DNA of 64,000 nt. Source: an uncultured Winogradskyella sp. (GTDB lineage Bacteria > Bacteroidota > Bacteroidia > Flavobacteriales > Flavobacteriaceae). Every line of letters starts with the position of its first letter. The stretch's first letter is position 1. The DNA is taken from assembly GCA_963966315.1 (NCBI GenBank), contig CAWZYX010000002.1, forward strand, positions 36,295 through 100,294, in the 5' to 3' direction. Below, piece after piece: positions 61,885-64,000 of this stretch. The notes under the pieces were generated by a model. That model saw only the letters and a list, made by a program, of their open reading frames with translations, searched no databases and was not told where the DNA came from. Both the position numbers and the translations under genes were made by a program.

Positions 61885-63999
61885 ATGCGCATGATCATAA
61901 GAAAAACCATTTTAATCCATCTCAGCTTATTTATTTTATTTCAGCTGCAGGTTCCTGCACAGGCAGAATTCATTACAGATTCATTTGAGGACTATAACGC
62001 TATTGCAGAAGAGGTCATCCATCTGCACCTGAACAAATCGACTTACATCAAAGGAGAATCCATAGGGTTTACGGCCTATGTGCTTGACAAGCATGAAAAA
62101 CTACCCGCCTTAATGACCAAGAATCTGTACGTAAGTATAGAAGATAAGGATGAGAATCCCATTACCCAGAAGCTGATTGAGGTCAATAACGGCGTTGCCC
62201 ATAACAGCTTCATGATCGATGAAGAGTTTAATAGTGGAAGTTATCTTGTCAAAGCCTATACCAATTGGTCTCGCAACTTTTCACCGAGGAACCAGTTCAC
62301 AGCCAAAATTGAGATCATCGATCCCAAGACCGACGAATACATTTCCTATGAAACCATTGAGGAGGAACTGGATGTGCAGTTTCTTCCGGAAAGTGGTCAT
62401 TTACTCATGGGCACACTTAATAAAATTGGCGTTATCATCAAAGACCAGAAAGGTTACGGCGTTGCCGGAGTGAGTGGGGAGGTAGTGGATGATGAACAAA
62501 ATACCGTCAGTAGCTTTACCGTGAACGATCTGGGTATTGGGAGTTTTGTCATCACCCCTGAGGCCGATCGTCGCTACACGGTTCAATTAAGCTACAGACT
62601 TAAGGAATACCGAAAACCGCTGGATCTGCAGAAGGAACACACCGGGATAGTTTTAAGTACAACCAATAAGAACGATGAATTATACATAGCGATAAAGACC
62701 AATCAAAATAGTTTGAAACAGTTTCAGGGCCAGGTATTTTATCTCAGTTTACACAATGGAAATGAGATGGAACTACTACCTTTCTCATTTAACAACAAGA
62801 CAACGGTCAACCAGATCATCGATCTAAAAAGCCTGCCTCCCGGAGTCCAAACGATTACTGTTTTTAACCATCAAAAGAAGCCTTTGGCAGAGCGATTGGT
62901 CTTTAATTACAATGGATTGAAGAAAGCAACCATGGCTTTAGCAAAACAAGAGGTGCAGGGAAATTCTATGCAGATCACTCTACATACCGCCCAACTCAAT
63001 TCTAAAGACTTTAACAACCTGTCCGTTTCGGTCCTTCCTCAACAAACAAAGTCGTACAGGCACCATCATAATTTACTATCCAAAGTGTATCTGCAGCCCT
63101 ACATCAAAGGAACTGTGGAACGGGCGGGCCATTACTTTACAGCGGTCACACCTGAAAAAAAGTTCGATATGGACCTGTTGCTACTCACACAAGGATGGAG
63201 CTCTTACAGCTGGAACGATATTTTTAATCCCAACAGGTCTCTGCCTCATGCGTTTGAACAAGGTATTAGCATAAAGGCCAATATTAATAACCGTAAGCGC
63301 TCCAAGCCTTCATTTTTACTGCACTCCATGAATAATGCAGAACCGGTGATTGTTGATATTGAGGAAGGAATGAACAGTTTTACCATAGAGGATCTGTTTT
63401 TGAAGGAAAAGGACAGTATTTATATTTCCGAGATCGTTTCCAAACAAAAAATAGTACCTGCCCAACTGTTTCTGCAGTCCTTCCCCAGTGGTGTCCCCAG
63501 AGTAAAGGTACCTTCCACGGTCTTGGCACCCAAGCCCGATTACGGATACACTGCTCCTCTGGACAACGTAATGTATTCGGAACTTCTTGATGGGGTACAA
63601 CAGTTGGATGAGGTGGTCCTCACCACTGAACTGGACCGCGTAAGAGCACGAACTCAGGAACTTTCAAAAAACCGATTTGGCAGAGTCAAGGTCGTTTCGC
63701 AAACAGACCGTTATGCTTATCTCACTATAGAACAGTATTTGCAGTCTCTGGGATTGGTGGTCGAATCCACACCAGACGGAATGTCCATAAACAGACCCGG
63801 GAGAGGAGTGTACAGGAGTCCTGCAAGCGCTGGAGCGCAGCGTATGGTGACCGGTATGGCCATTTTTTTTAATGATGTACAGTTATTCGACACTTCCTAT
63901 TTATATAATTTACCTCTCAACGAAATTGAATTTGTGGAGGTTAACACTACAGGTATGGGCATGGGATTCAGAGCACCCGATGGTTATGTTAAGATCTAC
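61885..63999 (+). CDS. Secreted protein of the same family, diverged tandem paralog 3 (runs off the window end)
   Basis: Open frame from ATG 61885 to the window end. Signal peptide (MRMIIRKTILIHLSLFILFQLQVPAQA). Collinear motifs (HLHLNKSTYIKGESIGFTAYVLDK, YLVKAYTNWSRNF, LLLTQGWSSY, QLDEVVLTTE) and a clearer plug-like C-terminus (FFNDVQLFDTSYLYNLPLNEIEFVEV). Not in the ORF table because it has no stop in the window. Confidence 0.5.
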   Translation, partial: MRMIIRKTILIHLSLFILFQLQVPAQAEFITDSFEDYNAIAEEVIHLHLNKSTYIKGESIGFTAYVLDKHEKLPALMTKNLYVSIEDKDENPITQKLIEVNNGVAHNSFMIDEEFNSGSYLVKAYTNWSRNFSPRNQFTAKIEIIDPKTDEYISYETIEEELDVQFLPESGHLLMGTLNKIGVIIKDQKGYGVAGVSGEVVDDEQNTVSSFTVNDLGIGSFVITPEADRRYTVQLSYRLKEYRKPLDLQKEHTGIVLSTTNKNDELYIAIKTNQNSLKQFQGQVFYLSLHNGNEMELLPFSFNNKTTVNQIIDLKSLPPGVQTITVFNHQKKPLAERLVFNYNGLKKATMALAKQEVQGNSMQITLHTAQLNSKDFNNLSVSVLPQQTKSYRHHHNLLSKVYLQPYIKGTVERAGHYFTAVTPEKKFDMDLLLLTQGWSSYSWNDIFNPNRSLPHAFEQGISIKANINNRKRSKPSFLLHSMNNAEPVIVDIEEGMNSFTIEDLFLKEKDSIYISEIVSKQKIVPAQLFLQSFPSGVPRVKVPSTVLAPKPDYGYTAPLDNVMYSELLDGVQQLDEVVLTTELDRVRARTQELSKNRFGRVKVVSQTDRYAYLTIEQYLQSLGLVVESTPDGMSINRPGRGVYRSPASAGAQRMVTGMAIFFNDVQLFDTSYLYNLPLNEIEFVEVNTTGMGMGFRAPDGYVKIY

Positions 64000-64000
64000 T

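Overview
This window looks like a Bacteroidetes (Flavobacteriia-like) chromosomal segment. Supporting signs: TAnnTTTG-type -7 promoter boxes, proteins with T9SS C-terminal sorting domains, many TonB-dependent receptors, and a short AtpC. The content is mostly housekeeping genes. Reading left to right: lspA (partial), a DUF4097-like protein, a DksA/TraR zinc-finger protein, ileS, radA, two tandem esterase paralogs, a UPF0104 membrane protein, panD and panC, a truncated glycogen-synthase-like gene, DUF4270 and glmS, a TonB receptor with an SGNH lipoprotein, then atpD and atpC. Next comes an SOS-type mutagenesis cassette: an XRE-S24 LexA-like repressor transcribed divergently from dnaE2 and a catalytically intact Y-family polymerase. 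After that: an XRE-HTH/DUF2975 pair, a BtuB-sized TonB receptor, an NfeD-like/flotillin operon, a cupin/JmjC protein, recX, and a 1314-aa lamin-tail-domain protein with a T9SS C-terminal domain. Then a TonB receptor, recO, a PorZ-like double-propeller T9SS protein, gdhA, and a transsulfuration PLP enzyme. The remainder is housekeeping: nhaP, arsC-family, eamA, a thioesterase, yicC, gmk, nadD, yraN, an LD-carboxypeptidase and metG. The most unusual structure is at the 3' end. Three tandem paralogs encode an approximately 785-aa secreted protein with an MG2-like N-terminus and a plug-like C-terminus. Copies 1 and 2 share a 1772-bp core that is 100% identical at the nucleotide level (offset 2397 bp), flanked by diverged termini. 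This points to very recent gene conversion or duplication, or to an assembly artefact. I found no rRNA, tRNA, CRISPR array, transposase or integrase in the window.
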